The notes under the pieces were generated by a model. That model did no database searches and was not told where the DNA came from. It worked only from the letters and a program-made list of their open reading frames with translations. A stretch of DNA of 64,000 nt, taken from assembly GCA_050575255.1 (NCBI GenBank), contig JBNZDD010013678.1:4560753-4624752 (forward strand), written 5' to 3'. This document shows, piece after piece, positions 1 through 15,400 of the stretch. Within the stretch, counting starts at the first letter, position 1, and every line of letters begins with the position of its first letter. Source of the stretch: Harriotta raleighana (Eukaryota). Both the position numbers and the translations under genes were made by a program.

Positions 1-171
1 TAGTAATAAGAGACCAATAGCAAACCACTGCATAACAAGAGGTTTTAAAGTTACGTGACACAGTTCCCTCACTACATTATGCTTCTTTGATGAATTCATA
101 AGAGTACAATGGAACTATTCAAAAGGGGCTTCAAATGTAGCAATTATTTTGAAAGAAAAAGAAAAGTTTAC

Positions 172-474
172 CAAATGGATTTTTGGCAATGACTGGCTGG
201 CTGAGACATGATGGTCCTGGGCCAAATTTATTTTCTGCCGTCACACGGAAAAGATATTCCTTCCCTTCGATAAGTTTAGTGATGTGGTATTTGCGTTGCC
301 TTAGAGTTGACGATATTGTAATCCAACTAGCTTCAGGCTTAGAGTAGTCCTTCTTCTCCAAGACATAATTGAGAATTTCACTGCCTCCATCATCCAGAGG
401 AGCATCCCATTTACAACGGATAGAATCGCTTCTGATTTCCTCAAAGATGAAGTTGATAGGTGGGCCAGGGATAT
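172..474 (-). CDS. TTN: TTN exon, Fn3 (A5 by order)
   Basis: 303 nt, phase 1-1, IPGPPINF...AKNPF. Confidence 0.93.
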
Positions 475-3400
475 CTGCAATATTAATGGAAATGCACAGG
501 ATTGTTATACTGTAGTTCCAAAACTATACACCTACCATGTTTTTGACCCTTGCATTTTAACAACTGACAGTAATTATTTCCTTCAGAAGTAATTATGAAA
601 CTGCTTACCTAGCACATTTACTTGACAAGCGGCGCTGGATACACCATGATCATTTTCTACTTTGATCATAAATTTTCCATGGTCCCGTCTCAAAGAATCA
701 CGGACCATTATATAGGACTCTCCTTCTCTGCTATTGTCAAGGCTTAAACGTTCGGGTAGAGTGAGAAAGAATGGCTCTTCTTCCACAACTGCCTGTTTCT
801 TCTTCACTGGCATTATTGTCCGTTCCCTCTTTTTGATTTCTTCAGGCCGAATCACTTGGTCATCTTTATACCATGTCACAGTTGGATAAGGGGAGCCAGA
901 AACAACAGCGTTTAGGTTAATCTGATCTCCTCTTTTGACACTTAACCCAGACTGTAGGTTTCCACTTAAGAAGACCTTAGGTCGTTCTGTGAAGGAAATT
1001 ATGGTATTGTTAGAACTTTAGATCATCCAACTAACATGCCCTTTAATTATCCAAACTTGATATGGAGTCTTGCTCCTTGGCTAGAGAAACGTAAAATTGT
1101 TGATGCATTTGACTAATTTCATGCTAATGAAGGGCGGCTCACCAACTGGATCCACAGCTTTGATTCCTAGAGTGAGTTTTGAAGGTTCGCTAACTCCAGC
1201 TACGTTCTCAGCACATATGCGATACTGATATTCATTTCCTTCCTCGAGATTCTTTACGGTGTAAGACAGAACAGGCACCAAGTATTCGTTGCACCTCTCC
1301 CACTTGTCACTTCCCTTGGCGATCTTTTCAATAATGTAGCCCATGATTTTGCAGCCTCCGTCGTAGGGAGGTGGCTTCCACGTGAGTGTTATCGATTTTG
1401 ATGTTGGATTGTGGTCCTCGACATCAATTGGTGGATCAGGGCGTTCTGTAGTCCAATTAAAATAATCATTTAGTTCCATCCAATATATTATGAAAATAAT
1501 CCTTACATTTGCTCTACCCCACTGCCTCACACCTCAGGCTGCCGAAACCCTCACACATGCATTCGTCACATCAAGGCTTGACTATGGAAACTCCTTTCTC
1601 GTCGGCCTTCCCTTCACAACCGCAGATCATTCAAAACTGAGCAGCTTGTGTCCTTTCCCACACCAAGCACCGAACCCCTTCACACCCACCCTCCCCTGGC
1701 TCCATTGGCTTCCCATTTCCCAGAGGATCGAATTCAGGATCCTCATCCCCACTCTCAAGGGTATGCGCAGCTGACCTGCTGACTCTCTACCGACCTGTCC
1801 CCCCCTCCTCCATTCAGCGGGCTCCAGGCTGCTCCATATCTCCCACCTGACCCGTCTTTGCTGGGCTTTCAGCCTTTCTGCCCAGACTCTGGAATTCCAT
1901 ACCACAATCCCTTCACCTCACTTCTTCCCTTGCCTCCTTGAAGGCCGGTCACAAGACCCTCCTTTTCGATTGTGCCTTCTACCACCCTCCCAACTCTCTC
2001 CCTTTGCTTCCCCCTACTCAGTACCTCCGACCCTGGACTGTTCAACACCTTGGGATGTCCTCTCGATGTGAAATATGCTTATAACAATGATATGATGGGT
2101 GACAATGATCACAATGCTAAATGTGCCACTTAACTGCTGAGAAATTTTTTGAAAAAAAACTTACGCTTTGGATCTTCAGCAATAACTGGGTTGCGAAGCT
2201 CAGTGTATTCCCCGCCACCTATCTTGTTCACAGCCTTTACACGGAAGTAATATTCACCATTTGGAATGAGATCTTTCAACGGCCAACTGAGTTTGTTCTC
2301 ACCAGACATGACTGGCATATACGTTCTTCTACCAGACTCACGACGTTCAAGCACATAGTGCAAAACGGGACTGCCACCATCATTGTCCGGAGGATCCCAG
2401 GTTATCTTGCAAGAATTCTTAGTGATTTCACTTGCCGCAATATTTTTACACTGGCCGGGCAAACCTTGATTAAAAGAAATTGAAATGCAAAAGATAAGTT
2501 ACACGTTCGTCAAGTGTTTGTAACACTGGTAAGATAATTGTTGAATTGAATGAATTCTCCCCATGATTTAATTTCAGACATTTACCAATGACTTTTACGT
2601 TGATGGTACCGGTGGTAGAACCAAGTTTGTTTTCCAAAGTAATTGTGTAGACGCCAGCGTCAGCGTGGACGCTGCGAGCTATCTCAAGGCACGCACTGAT
2701 ATAATCACTCTTCACAGTGATTCTATCATCTGCTTTGAGTTCCTTTCCATTTTTATGCCACGACACAGTTGGTGCTGGAACAGCTCTGAAGGGTAAAGGC
2801 ACGTTCAACCGTTCACCCTCCACGACAATGACCTCCTGCGATTTGACTTCAATAGTTGGGTTGCCTATTAAAATAAAGAATCATCATTACATCTCGCAAT
2901 GTGAAACAACTTTGCACCACTTCATTTTGTCAAGGGAAGAATTAACATTGGGGAACTGGGGGCTTGTCTTAAAATATGAAGGAGGTTCTTACAGTCAGGA
3001 TCCTTCGCAAAAACATTTTCAGATATATCTGATGGTTCACTTGCTCCGATGGCATTGACAGCCCGAACTCTTAGGACATATTCCTTATCAGGTTTGATGC
3101 CTTCTTCGGCTTTATATTTCAGGTCCTTCACTGGCCGAGAATTAATCTTCATCCACTTGTCGGTTCCTGCCTCACAAATTTCAATATGGTAGCCAAGAAT
3201 TGGACTGCCACCATTTTTCTCGGGTGTCTTCCAAGCAACGGAAATGTGGCCTCTGCTTGCATCTGTCACATGTAGCTCAAGAGGAGGGGATGGAGCACCT
3301 AGACACACAAAGAGTTTGGTTTAATCATCGAATGCTTTTCTCTTAAACTCTTGCATTTCATAGCAAGTCACATTCTTACATTGTGAAAACATTCCTACTC

Positions 3401-6400
3401 ACTTGTTGGATCTTCGATTAAGAGCATGTCTGTAGGTTCACTTGGATGTCCACATCCTGCTTCATTTTCAGCGCGGACTTGGAATTGTACTTCAGTGCCC
3501 TCAATTACATCAGTGACTCTATAGTTACATTCTGGTCCTGGAGTTTTACCGGCTTTAACCCAACGATTTCCTAATTTCTCTTTCTTTTCAATGACGTACC
3601 TGGATAAATATTCGATAAGTCATTAATCGGTATATTAATAATAATAAGCCTTGCATTTGATATAGTGCCTTTTCGGAGGCACTATAATTTAGAAATCTCA
3701 AAGCACTTCACAGAATATATTGTAGTTTAAAACACATCAGCTGTATTGGTACTAAAGTGAGTTAGGTTAACAAAGAAGACTATAATCACCTCTGAATTGG
3801 CCTTCCACCATCGTTTTTAGGAGCCTCCCATTTCAGTTCAACATGTCTCTTGGTTACGTCCAACACTGTAAGTGCATAAGGTGGTCCAGGGGTAGCTATG
3901 GAAGAAATCGAAAGATGTATGTTAGATTGACAGAATTATATTAAACCTTGAGAGTTATTTTAAATAGCATTAAAATCCAGATAGCAATACAGTTTCAAAC
4001 TTACTGTACGTGTCTTTAGCCAGGACCGAATCTTCCAATTCACAGTAATCGCTCTGTCCAATTGCATTTTCTGCAGCAACACGGAAGACATAGAGTGAAC
4101 CCTCAGAAAGGGGTGTCACTGTATATTTAATGTCTTTCACTGTGGTGTCAACAGTCTGCCAACCCTTTCGTCTCACATCTCTCTTCTCCACAATATAATT
4201 TGTAACCGGAGAACCACCATCCTTCTCTGGTGGTGTCCACTTAAGATCTGCGGTATTCTTTGTGATATTAACCACTTCCAGCCAACGAGGAGGTGAGGGA
4301 GGATCTGTGTGTGCAGAAGCAACAAAGTTAGCACATCTCAAACATTTTCAACTTCAGACTTTAATTATTTATCCATTATAAATAGCTCCTTACTCAGTCT
4401 ATCTTTGCACAGGACAGGATCACTGGGTTCACTTGGCTCGCTTTCACCAGCTTTATTGACAGCTCTAATGCGGAATGAGTATTCTTGTTTCTCCATAAGA
4501 CCTTTCAGGAAATATTCAGTCATAGGAATACCCTCAGCTACTCTGACCCAGTCTTCTGTTCCACTCTTCAACAACTCGACAATATAAGACTCAATCTTTG
4601 CTCCTCCATCATGTTCTGGTTTGGTCCACTGTAAGAATACTGATGTCTTCCTGACATCTTTAGCGCTAGGTTTTCCAGGAGGCCATGGTGGATCTGTAAA
4701 TGAATTACATTAATAATATGGGTTTCCTGCAGTAACAACACAACTTGCATTCATATAGCGCCCTATGTGTGGGGTAGTGTCCCAGAGCGCTTGACAGTGA
4801 CTGACTTTGAACCAGGGGGAGAGGGAGAGTGAAAATGACATTAAGTACAATCAAAAAGGAAGGGATATGGGATAAAAGGGATTAACTGGGATTTGAAAGT
4901 GCGGAGGAAGGGGGCGCAGTGGCAGGACTAAGAGCAAGAGTTCCAGAGTTTTGAGACTTCATGGCTCAAGGTACAGCCACCGATGGTAAAACAGAGAGGA
5001 CGAGAGAGAAATTTTCTTAAATTTGTTGACGATCTTTGACAAAACAATCACCCGTACCAATGGGGTCCTTGACAAGGATTGGTTCTGTTTCTTGGCTGGG
5101 AGTGCCAGGACCAGCGAGATTCTCTGCTAGTACACGGAACTTGTACTTCTTCTTTGTTGCAAGTCCTTTCACTCTGTTGGTTGCAGAACACATATGTGTA
5201 CATATTAATTTGTATCCAATGAAATACACACATCTGGATTCAGAACAATAAGGACATTGAAACACAGTGCATGAGATATTTCATATTTTCGTTAATTTTA
5301 AAAAAAAATGCCGCAGTTGTTGAACAGTAAATACCTTAAGGTAGTATCTTTGATTGGGATTTTATTACATTTCACCCATTTGTCAATGTCCGGATCAAAT
5401 TTCTCAACCCAGTATCCAATGATTGGGCTACCACCATCTTCATCTGGTTCATTCCAAGTCAAAGTCAACGAATCTTTGTTGACATCTGAAGGCTGGACGT
5501 GAGTTGGAGCACCAGGTGGATCTAATGGATAAATAATTTTATAAATATAAATATTTAAGCGCTGTGTTACCCAACAGTATTGTGTGGTATATCAACCATA
5601 CATAACATCAAAATTAAATTGTGCAAACTGTATTGCTTACCGAAAGAATATCTGGCTATAATTGGAGTGTGCTCAGAAGGCTCTCCAATGCCATACATGT
5701 TCTCGGCACTAACTTTGAAAACGTATTCTTTCAAGGGTGTAAGATTTGTCGCCTTATATTTGGTGTCTTTGATGGTGGATGAAAGTTTGTTCCATATTTC
5801 GCTAGCTCCTTGTTTGGAATGTACAATGTAATTGGTGATGCGTGACCCGCCATCATCTCTGGGGGGATTCCAAGTCAAGACACAGGTTTCATTGGTAATG
5901 TCAGTGATATCAAATGCAGCAGGAGGCCCAGGCTTATCTGTAAAACAAATGAATGAATTTAATCATTTGTTGGACTTGATGGCATTACTTGAAGTCATTT
6001 AAGATTATTTAACATTGCATGTACTGTAGTATTTGAACATTTAGCTACCTAGGATATTGACTTCCACAACAGCTGTAGCTCGGCCACTGGTATTTACAGC
6101 TTCAATAATGTAAGTGGCGGTGTCACTCCTAGTGGTATCGATGATTGTGACGGTGGATTCACCGGGTTTTGTTTCAATGGTTACTTTGTTGTCAACCTTC
6201 AGTAAACGTTCAGCTTTCGTCCAAGTAATTCTGGGCTCAGGTTTGCCAGTCACAGAAGCTGGCAGCTCAACCTTTGTTCCAGCCTTCACAGTAATGCCAG
6301 CGAGCAGTTTAACATCAAGTTGGATCTCTGGAGACTCTGTCGTAGGCAAAGAACACATGTTATTTAGACCTTTGAATAAAGTGTTACATAGAAGTCTTGT

Positions 6401-9400
6401 TTGCTTGTTGAGCTGGACATCAAAGATCCTATGACACTCTGCTAAAAGAGAATAGATGGTAATGGTATCCACCTGGCTATCAATTCTCCAGATTATTTGA
6501 TAAATCACTTTTCTTGAGTGAAAAATCGGTCTTTCTACAGATTACAATAGGAAGGAATGTCATGCATTGATGGAAATGTCTCAACCATGTGAAAAATTGT
6601 AAGAATTTTCCATATGTTTAGAGGTAACCCAGTAAATAGATCATCTATTATTTCAAATGTTTACCACTGACAAGCACAAAATTTAATCTGCAGGCCTTTG
6701 GAATAATTTTAGATTCAAATAACAGTCAGTATATTTTCCATCTACTTGTAACCTCCCTGCTGGTCCTCTTCACCAATAGGTGGCTACCTAATATCCACAT
6801 GACTGGAATGTACTAAGAAATTTTGTGCTTGATGTATGTTGCAAACAGAAGTCATCGACCATGTACCTTTTGGATCCAAAGCACATATATCATCTGTAGG
6901 TTTGCTTGGTCTGCTGGCACCTTGTCTGTTCAATGCTTTAATCCGGTATGAATACCACTGCCCTTCGGTCAGGCCGGTCACTTCAAATCTATTGAATAAA
7001 GCAATGAATAATTATAGCACTTGCTTCCTTCCGACCACTGGAAAATATTTTCATCACTGGAAATCCAGCTGTGTTAACTTACCTCAGATCAAACACTGGT
7101 TCACCACACATCTCCCACTTTTCAGTACCACGTTGGCACTTTTCTACCATATATCCTTTAATTCGTGAACCTCCATCGTACTTGGGTGGTTCCCATGTGA
7201 GGAAGATACCACTAGCAGATGGATCCCTCCACTTGAGATTTTCGGGTGGGTCTGGGATAGCTGAAAAATTACAGAATGACAATTGGTCATTAAATGTTTT
7301 AAGATCAATATCTTTAATAGAACCATTGAAAACCCTTCACTTCATCCGTTTTCTTTTTGCCTGAATCTACCACATTTGGAAACCGACCTCAAGTAAAATT
7401 ATGTTTGAAGGGACAAGGCGTTCCTGATATGCAGTGAGACTTAGCATTGCAATAAAATATACAAATTCATACATTTGCTAGTTGTGTAGGTACAACTGGA
7501 ATACGAAGTACAAAATATTTTCAGTACAAAAAAAATTAAAATAATTTAGTAACTGAATCCGCCACTGTTTGTGGGGCACTGCTGAATTGCAATTGGCTGC
7601 CTGCCGTATTTCATCCACAAAATATACAGTCAATTTGCTCAGTATTGTTTTGGATAATATTCCGTGAAGTGCTTTGAGACATCTTGAAGATGTGATAAGG
7701 CGCTATATCAAATGCAGGATTATTATTATATATTATATTTTATTTTAAATGATCCAATAGAATAAGGAGAATGGATCATTAGTTTAGGTAAGGTACTCAA
7801 TATTATTTGCTGCCACACCTTACAGATGGTGTCACTAGCAGCTGAATGTTGTAGCTCATATTAGTCTGAAAATGTGTCAAAATGCTGTATATTTCAGGGT
7901 AGATTAACAAAGCTAAACGCTTACTTGCTGGTGCAGATACATTAACGGGTTCATCGATATATCCGGGCTCTCCTGGTCCACATTTGTTGCAGGCTGAAAT
8001 TTTAAACAGGTAATCTCTACCCTGATACAGTTCAGGAACTGTATACTCCAGGTCAAGCACTCCCTCAATAACCTAGAGAGGCACAAATCAAGCAAGACAA
8101 TTTTGATAGGGAAAGAAAACAACGTACACGTCATCAAATCTTCTATAAGCGCAATAACACAGCAAAAGTATAAAGCTTAACCAATAAAGGTTTAGTTATT
8201 TATAAAAATAGTTTTCATACTATAATATGTAGTAGATAGTTCATTACAACCTGATCACTCCCTCTCTTCTATCCATGAAGCCTGTTTTGTTCTCCCCAGA
8301 CCACGCAAAGCATATACACTGTTAAAATCCACCTACCTATTCTATCCTCTGTGGAAACATCAACAAGGATTATCGCTTGATCTTTTAATTAATTAAAATT
8401 CTGCACTATTCAAACAACTCCCATCACCATGATTGCTGCCTTAAACCTTGCTTAAAAGTCCCATGTGAAACTTCAGCAAATGCCATCTAACGAATCCACT
8501 GAAAAACCCATCCATCGGCTATTCCTCGTAGTGTCTGTGTTCTTCCAATTAGAACTCAAGCATTTTCCCTACGACAGATTTTTAGATCTTGTAATTCTCA
8601 AGATTTCTTTTTTGTAGAGAGCGATTGGACTTACTTTGATCCAGGTCTTGCGATTAACTTCTCGTTTTTCAATAATGTAGCCCATCAATGGACTATCTCC
8701 ATCATGTTCTGGTGGCTCCCACGTTAGATGCACTGAATTCCTCCCGATTTCCACTACTTTGATATCTCTGGGTGCGCTTGGGTGGGCTGTGAAATGAAGA
8801 TTAAAACATGATATATTTTCACGGGGTGACTTATGAAAATACTTGTTGATTCTGCTCTCTCTTGGCTTCGCTTTACATCCGCCTACTTACCGATTACATT
8901 CACTTTGATGTCTCCTGAAATGCATAACACAGGATTTTCGAGTGTCAGGCTGTAGATACCCTTGTCAGGAAGTTCACTGGGACAAATGAGCAGTTGTGTG
9001 TATCTCGCAGTTGTCTCCATTTTCACGCGATCACCACTTTCAAGCGGTTTGTCATCTACAGCCCAGGTTGCAGTTGGTGTTGGGTAGCCAGAAATAGGAA
9101 CACGGATCTTAAGTGGCTCTGGGACAATGACCTCAAGTCCATCTTTGAACTCTCTTAAATCAAAGGTAGGAGCCACTAGAAAGAAAACAGAGAGTCAATG
9201 GAGTGCAAAGATTCTTGCTAACGATAACAATATGTTCTAGTCTCTCGCTGTCCTCAAAATCCTTTTCAAATCTTGTGAGAACATTCATTACCATGAGGAT
9301 CGTCAGCTGTCAGCGGCCCGAGAGCATCAGCTGGATCCGATACACCAGCTGCATTTTCAGCTGAAACCCTGTAATAATACTTGACTCCTTGCTTCAGTCC

Positions 9401-12400
9401 AGTGACCTGAAATAGCAGAAAGGAAAAAACATGTTGAAAATAAATAGTGCTTCTGTACATAGCATGTTTCCCCCTCGTTTTGCTATAAATAAAAAAACGA
9501 CTTTTAAGTAATAAATAATCCTTGCATTTCACGCACAAAATTGACAGTCTATTCTGTAAAGTGTAGTGACTGAGACGTCTCGAAGACATGATAAGGTGCT
9601 ATATCAAATGCAAGGATTATTATTATAGTGCCCTTCATCCTATATACAAGGAAAAGGAAACTGAAGAAAAGAGAAGTTACTAACTTTGGATGTTGTTTCG
9701 GGAATGAGTCTGAGAGTAGAACGAATCCATTTATCCGTGTCTTCCTCGCGTTGCTCAACAACATAACCAAGTATTGGGCTTCCTCCGTCTTTCAGGGGAG
9801 CCTCCCAGGTCAGCTGTACCGATTCTTTGGTCTGATTTGAGCATTGGAGATTGATGGGTGGACTTGGTTTGACTGAAAGAGGGTGAGAACAATCAATGAG
9901 TTTAATGTCGCTGCATTGCAGAATTAAATATGATTTGTGGCAGCACATAATGATCGGATACTTACATATTGGATCCATAATCTTGACAGGATGTGTAGCT
10001 ATACTTGGCTTTCCAATGCCAGCCTTGTTCTCTGCTCTGATACGGAATATATATTCTCTGTTTTCCACAACATCATTCAACTGAGCTGAGAGCTCATCTG
10101 CACTGGTAACCATCGCTACGTCCCATTTAACTGATGTTCTGTCTCGTAACTCAATGATGTAATTGGTGATTTCCGCTCCCCCATCATACTCGGGTGGTTC
10201 CCATGTAACAGTGGCACCAAATTTATTCACATCTTTTATGTCAACATTGATTGGGGCATCGGGTATATCTGTAACAGGATAAAAATGAAATGAGTGATTT
10301 ATTCGTACCAATAGTAGAAGTTATACTGAATTGGTAGTAAACGTGTATTTTTTTTATCCTTACCAAACTTATTCTTAGCTTGAACAGGCACATCGGNCGT
10401 GATTTACTCGTACCAATAGTAGAAGTTATACTGAATTGGTAGTAAACGTGTAATTTTTTTTATCCTTACCAAACTTATTCTTAGCTTGAACAGGCACATC
10501 GGTTTCCACAGGTTCACCTGTGCCTACTCTGTTCCTTGCGCTCACACGGAACAGATACTCCAACACTTTCTGGAGCCCAGTCACTATGAACTCAGTGCTG
10601 TCGGCACGATCAGTGGCCAAGGTCCAAGTCTTGCGTTTTACATCACGTCTTTCTACGACGTACCCAAGGATCTTGCTGCCACCATCGCTATCAGGCTCAT
10701 CCCAGGCGAGACTCACTTCACCATCGTACGTTTCTACAATGTTCAAGTTCTGGATTGGGCCAGGCACATCTGTAAATTTGTCAGAGATAAAGCTTTAGTA
10801 AATGCACTTTAAAAAAGTGTGTTACAAGTAGGCTATAACATTGTATTAATCCTAATAATCCTTGCATTTGTTATAACGCCTTATTCCAGCTTCAAGAAGT
10901 CTAAAAGGGCTTCACGGAATCTACTGTAAAGTGAATTGACTGTATAATTTAAGGGCAAAACGCAGCAGGCAATTTCACACAGAAGTGACCCACAAACAGT
11001 CGCGGATTGCGCGATCAAATATTTTTCAAAAGATGCTTTTCTTTGAAGGCTTTTTTGCCTCCCGGAAAAGCGGGAAATACGCCAATCAACTAACAACTGG
11101 GTTCTACTTACTGCTGGATAACCAAAGGCATGTGGCATAAGAAATTTTGCCCCGCCAGGGAGTGCTCTGACCAATTTCTGTAGAAATGCAAGCAATTGCA
11201 GAGATGTAAACTTACCGATGACATTCAAATTGATGTATGCTTCTCCCTTTCCATGTTTGTTTCTGATGACCACCTTGTACCTTCCTTTGTCGGTTCTCTT
11301 TGGATCTGAAAGTCTATAGCTTGTCATGTCTGCGGTCGTGTCAATGTTCTGATTGGGTAGGCTCACATACTCTGAGGTGGTACTATCTTCCTTGAACCAT
11401 TCGGCTTCACCACGTGGATAGGCATCATAAGGGAGTGACATTGTGAAGGGCTTTCCAGCGTCTGTCACCAGATTCAGATCAGTTATCTTGATGATTGGTA
11501 CAGCTGCAATAAAAGGGAGCACGAGTCAGACACATGTTTAGATTTCCGCTAGATATTTAACACAGCAGAAAACCTTCCCGGGACTGTAGGTATTATTTCT
11601 AGGATGAGGCAAAGACTTGATAACTATTTTATTGAAAGGCTTTAAAAGAGAAGCGCTCTGAGATGCTGTCCGCTGTGGAGGGCGCTATATAAATGGAAGT
11701 TGTTGTTGTCGTTGTTGAGAAGAGTCAGAAGATTTTATTTGATTGAAAATTCCGAAAGGAATGGAACATGAATATTTTTATATGTTTAAATGGTTAAAAT
11801 AAAGGGTTGGAACAATGTAACAATGCACTTAAGTAAGGAAGCGAACACACTACCCAGAGTAACGACGAAGCAGATTAGGGCAGTAAATTTGAGGAGAAAA
11901 AACATGAATGCTGAGCGGTCAAAATATACAGTATTGTGTGTTATTGGAACACAGGTATTTCTTAAAGGCAAAGCTTCACCTTGAAATTTCCAGCAATACA
12001 AATCTGTAGAGCCAATTGGCTTGTGTAAAATAATTAGTTTATTTAATTGGTTTATTTTAGCTTTCTGTTTCCAGTCCTCTACATATATAGTGTGTGTGTT
12101 TGTTCACCTATCTGTACAAAACAACGCCAGGGACTATAAAAATTGTTATTGATATTTGAAACTATCGTACCTGCTAGTTCCAATTTCGCTCTGGCATCTT
12201 TATCCTTGGCGATGAACCTGTATTCGCCCTGATCGCGCGGTTTGATGTTACAGATCTGCAATCTGTGCACCTTCCCTTCACTCATCATTTGATGCTTATC
12301 ACCCTGGACAATGATCATATTGTTTCGTAGCCATTTGACTTCCACTCTATCCTTGTTTAATTCAGCTTCAAAGATCACGTCCGAACTCGGAGCTTCGAAG

Positions 12401-15400
12401 ATATTTTGTGGAGGTCTGATGATCTCAACTGGGATTTCTGGATGGAGAAAAAATAATTATTAGTCCTTCACTACCTAGCTTTCAAGACATTTTGTGTGAG
12501 CGAGCGAGGGGGTGATTGAGGGACGGAGCTGAGGCCTTGCCGGGAAGGTATATAGGCTAAGGTGAGCAGGTGATTGAGGGTAAAACGGGAAGGGTACCGC
12601 TAATAGCTAAAACTCAAAAAGTGACCTCAGCGCAGCGTCACAAACAAAAAAAACTAACCCCGCAACCCCCCGCCACCATTAACAGCACATTAACAATAGC
12701 AGCGCATCAGCATCAACACCTCAACACCACTAACAGCGCATTAACAACTAGATCATTAGCACCTCCGGCAATCAGATCATTACGCCTCCGCCCTCTCCTA
12801 CGCTAAGGATAGGTCACAATGGTAGGGCTGACTTGGCTATTAGTCATCCCCTTGCCATGGCCACACATCCTCTGGGATGATGCCACCCCCTGATCCATCG
12901 CTCTCAGCTCACTGCATGCGTGTTTTGGCTGCCGCCCCGACCAGAGCCTCACCCTAAATGTCTCTCTTCCCACCCCCCTTATCCGCTACTCGAACTCTGT
13001 CCTACTCTCCCTCCTGACCCTCTTCACCGCTTCCCTCTGCTCTAGTCTGGGTATCCTCCGTTAGGCCCATTGTGACACCAGGAGCTGGGTGTCCTGGAGC
13101 AGCCACCCCAACTGTCCCATCATCCACTCTCTCCGCTCAAACCGCCTCTTCAAGGCAAACACCACTTCCCCCTCTGTCATACGTACCCTCCCCACTTCCC
13201 CTCCCTCCTCTCCCCCCACACCTCTCCTACACACCCTCAGATCCTCTTCGCACCACTCTCTCCTCCCTCTCCCCCCTCCAGCAAATCCATCCGCAATGCC
13301 CTCCAAAACGTCCGTTCCCTTTCCAATAAAGTCCTCACTACCTATGACCTCATCCTGGATGAGAACATTGATACTCGGGCTTACGGAAACCTGATGATCC
13401 CGTGCCTCTAGGCGAGGCCTCCCCTCCAGACTACATCTTCCACCACACTCCCTAACCTAAACAACGCGGCGGCTGGGTGGCCATCATCTCCAACACTTCC
13501 CTTAGTCTCTCCTCCTATTCCTCTGGCTGTTTCCCCTCCTTCAAGCACTTCACGCTCTGCCATCCTTCTCTTTCCTTAAAAATCCTTCTACTCTATCGTC
13601 CTCGTAAATCCCCTGGGTCTTTCCTCTCCGATATCTCCCCACTCCTCTCCTCGCTCTAACAATCAGATCATTACGCCCCCACCTCTCCCCTCACCCCCCA
13701 CCCCCTCAGGATAGGTCACAATGGCAGGGTTGACTTGACTATTAGTCACCCCGTAGCCATGGCCACACATCCTCTGCGATGATGCTCTGAATGTCTGCAC
13801 ATCATGGGCGACTTCAACCTTCACCTANTATTAGTCACCCCGTAGCCATGGCCACACATCCTCTGTGATGATGCTCTGAATGTCTGCACATCATGGGCGA
13901 CTTCAACCTTCACCTAAACTCCCCCTGCACCACTTCTTCCGAACTTCACTGCCCTCCTCTCCTCCCTAAACCACATTGACTCAATGACCCACAACCATGG
14001 CCATGCTCTCGACCTCATCATCACCCACGGTCTTGACATTTCTGACCCCACCATCTCGGACAAGGCCATCTCGGACCATTTTCTTTTCTCCTTCTCCCCT
14101 TGCATCCCTCCTTCCTCCACCAAGCCCTCAACTCTAGGCTCCCCCTGAGACTCTCACAGATGCCCTCAAATCCTCTGACCTCCTACCCCTCTGGTCTTCC
14201 GACACAGAGATCCTGAAGCAGCTGTTCAGCTGCTCCACGTTCGCCTCTCCTCCACCTTCAACTCTCCCGTCCCCTTAAATCCAGGTCTATCTCCAAACCC
14301 ACCGCTCCCCCTGGTACAACACTCATCTCCACACCCTTAAACACCAACCCAGGCTGCTCGAGCACAGGTAGCAGAAAATGGGTCTCACGGTTCACCACCA
14401 ACTGTGGCTCGAGCATCTCCATAGCTACCACCATTCCTTGTGTTGTGCAAAAACAACATCTTACTGCTTACTATTCCAACATCATCCTGGAGGCAAACAA
14501 TAACCCCAAAGTCCTCTTTTCCACAATCACCACCTCCTCCGTGCACTCCCTCAAGCCTCCTCAATCTTCACTTCAAATGCGAAGTGTCAGGAGGTCATGG
14601 ACTTCTTTTCCTTCAAAATCCACAAGCGTCATCTTCCTGCCTCCCGTCACCCACAACCATGCCCCTCACCCTCCCCGTCAAAAGCTTATACCTCAACCTC
14701 CTTCCTACAATCCTTCTCCCCAGTCTCTTTTTCCTCCCTCTCATGCACTCTCACCTCCATGAAGCGAACCACCTGCTGCCTCGACCCCATCCCCACCCAC
14801 CTACTGCTCACCCAACTCCCCCTCCTCTGCCCACTGCTGGCTGAAATCATTAACCAGTCCCTCCACAGGATCAGTGCCTGCCCTACTCAAAACTGCTGCC
14901 ATCACCCCCACCTCCTTAAAAACCCTCCCGAGACCCCTCAAACCCCAGCCACTACTGCCCTATTTCAAACCTGCTCTTCCTTTCAAAAGCACTGGAACGT
15001 GTTGTTGCAANTCTCCCGAGACCCCTCAAACCCCAGCCACTACTGCCCTATTTCAAACTTGCCCTTCCTTTCAAAAGCACTGGAACGTGTTGTTGCAAAC
15101 CAACTCTGCGCCCACCTCTCCTCCCACTCCCTCTTCGAACCCCTCCAGTCCGGTTTCTGCCCTGCGCTTGTGAAAGTCACAAACAACATCCTCTCCATCT
15201 GCGACTAGGGCTCCCTCTGCCTCCTTATCCTCCTGTCCGCTGCATTCAACACAGTCAACCACGCCATCCACCTCCACCGCTGTCCTCCGTCATCCACCTC
15301 AGTGGGACTGCACTTGCCTGGTTCGAGTCCTAGCTCACAAACCGCCAGTAGTATATCTCCACAGAGGGCTTTTCCTCCTGCTCTNGCTCACAAACCGCCA

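Noticed and set aside
740-860. Charged insertion in Ig A4 as a novelty
   Set aside because: I recall a similar insertion at the same place in human titin, so it is not lineage-specific
10296-10396. Partial duplicate of the I106 exon end and donor
   Set aside because: Abuts the N at 10397 and has no acceptor; probable assembly overlap
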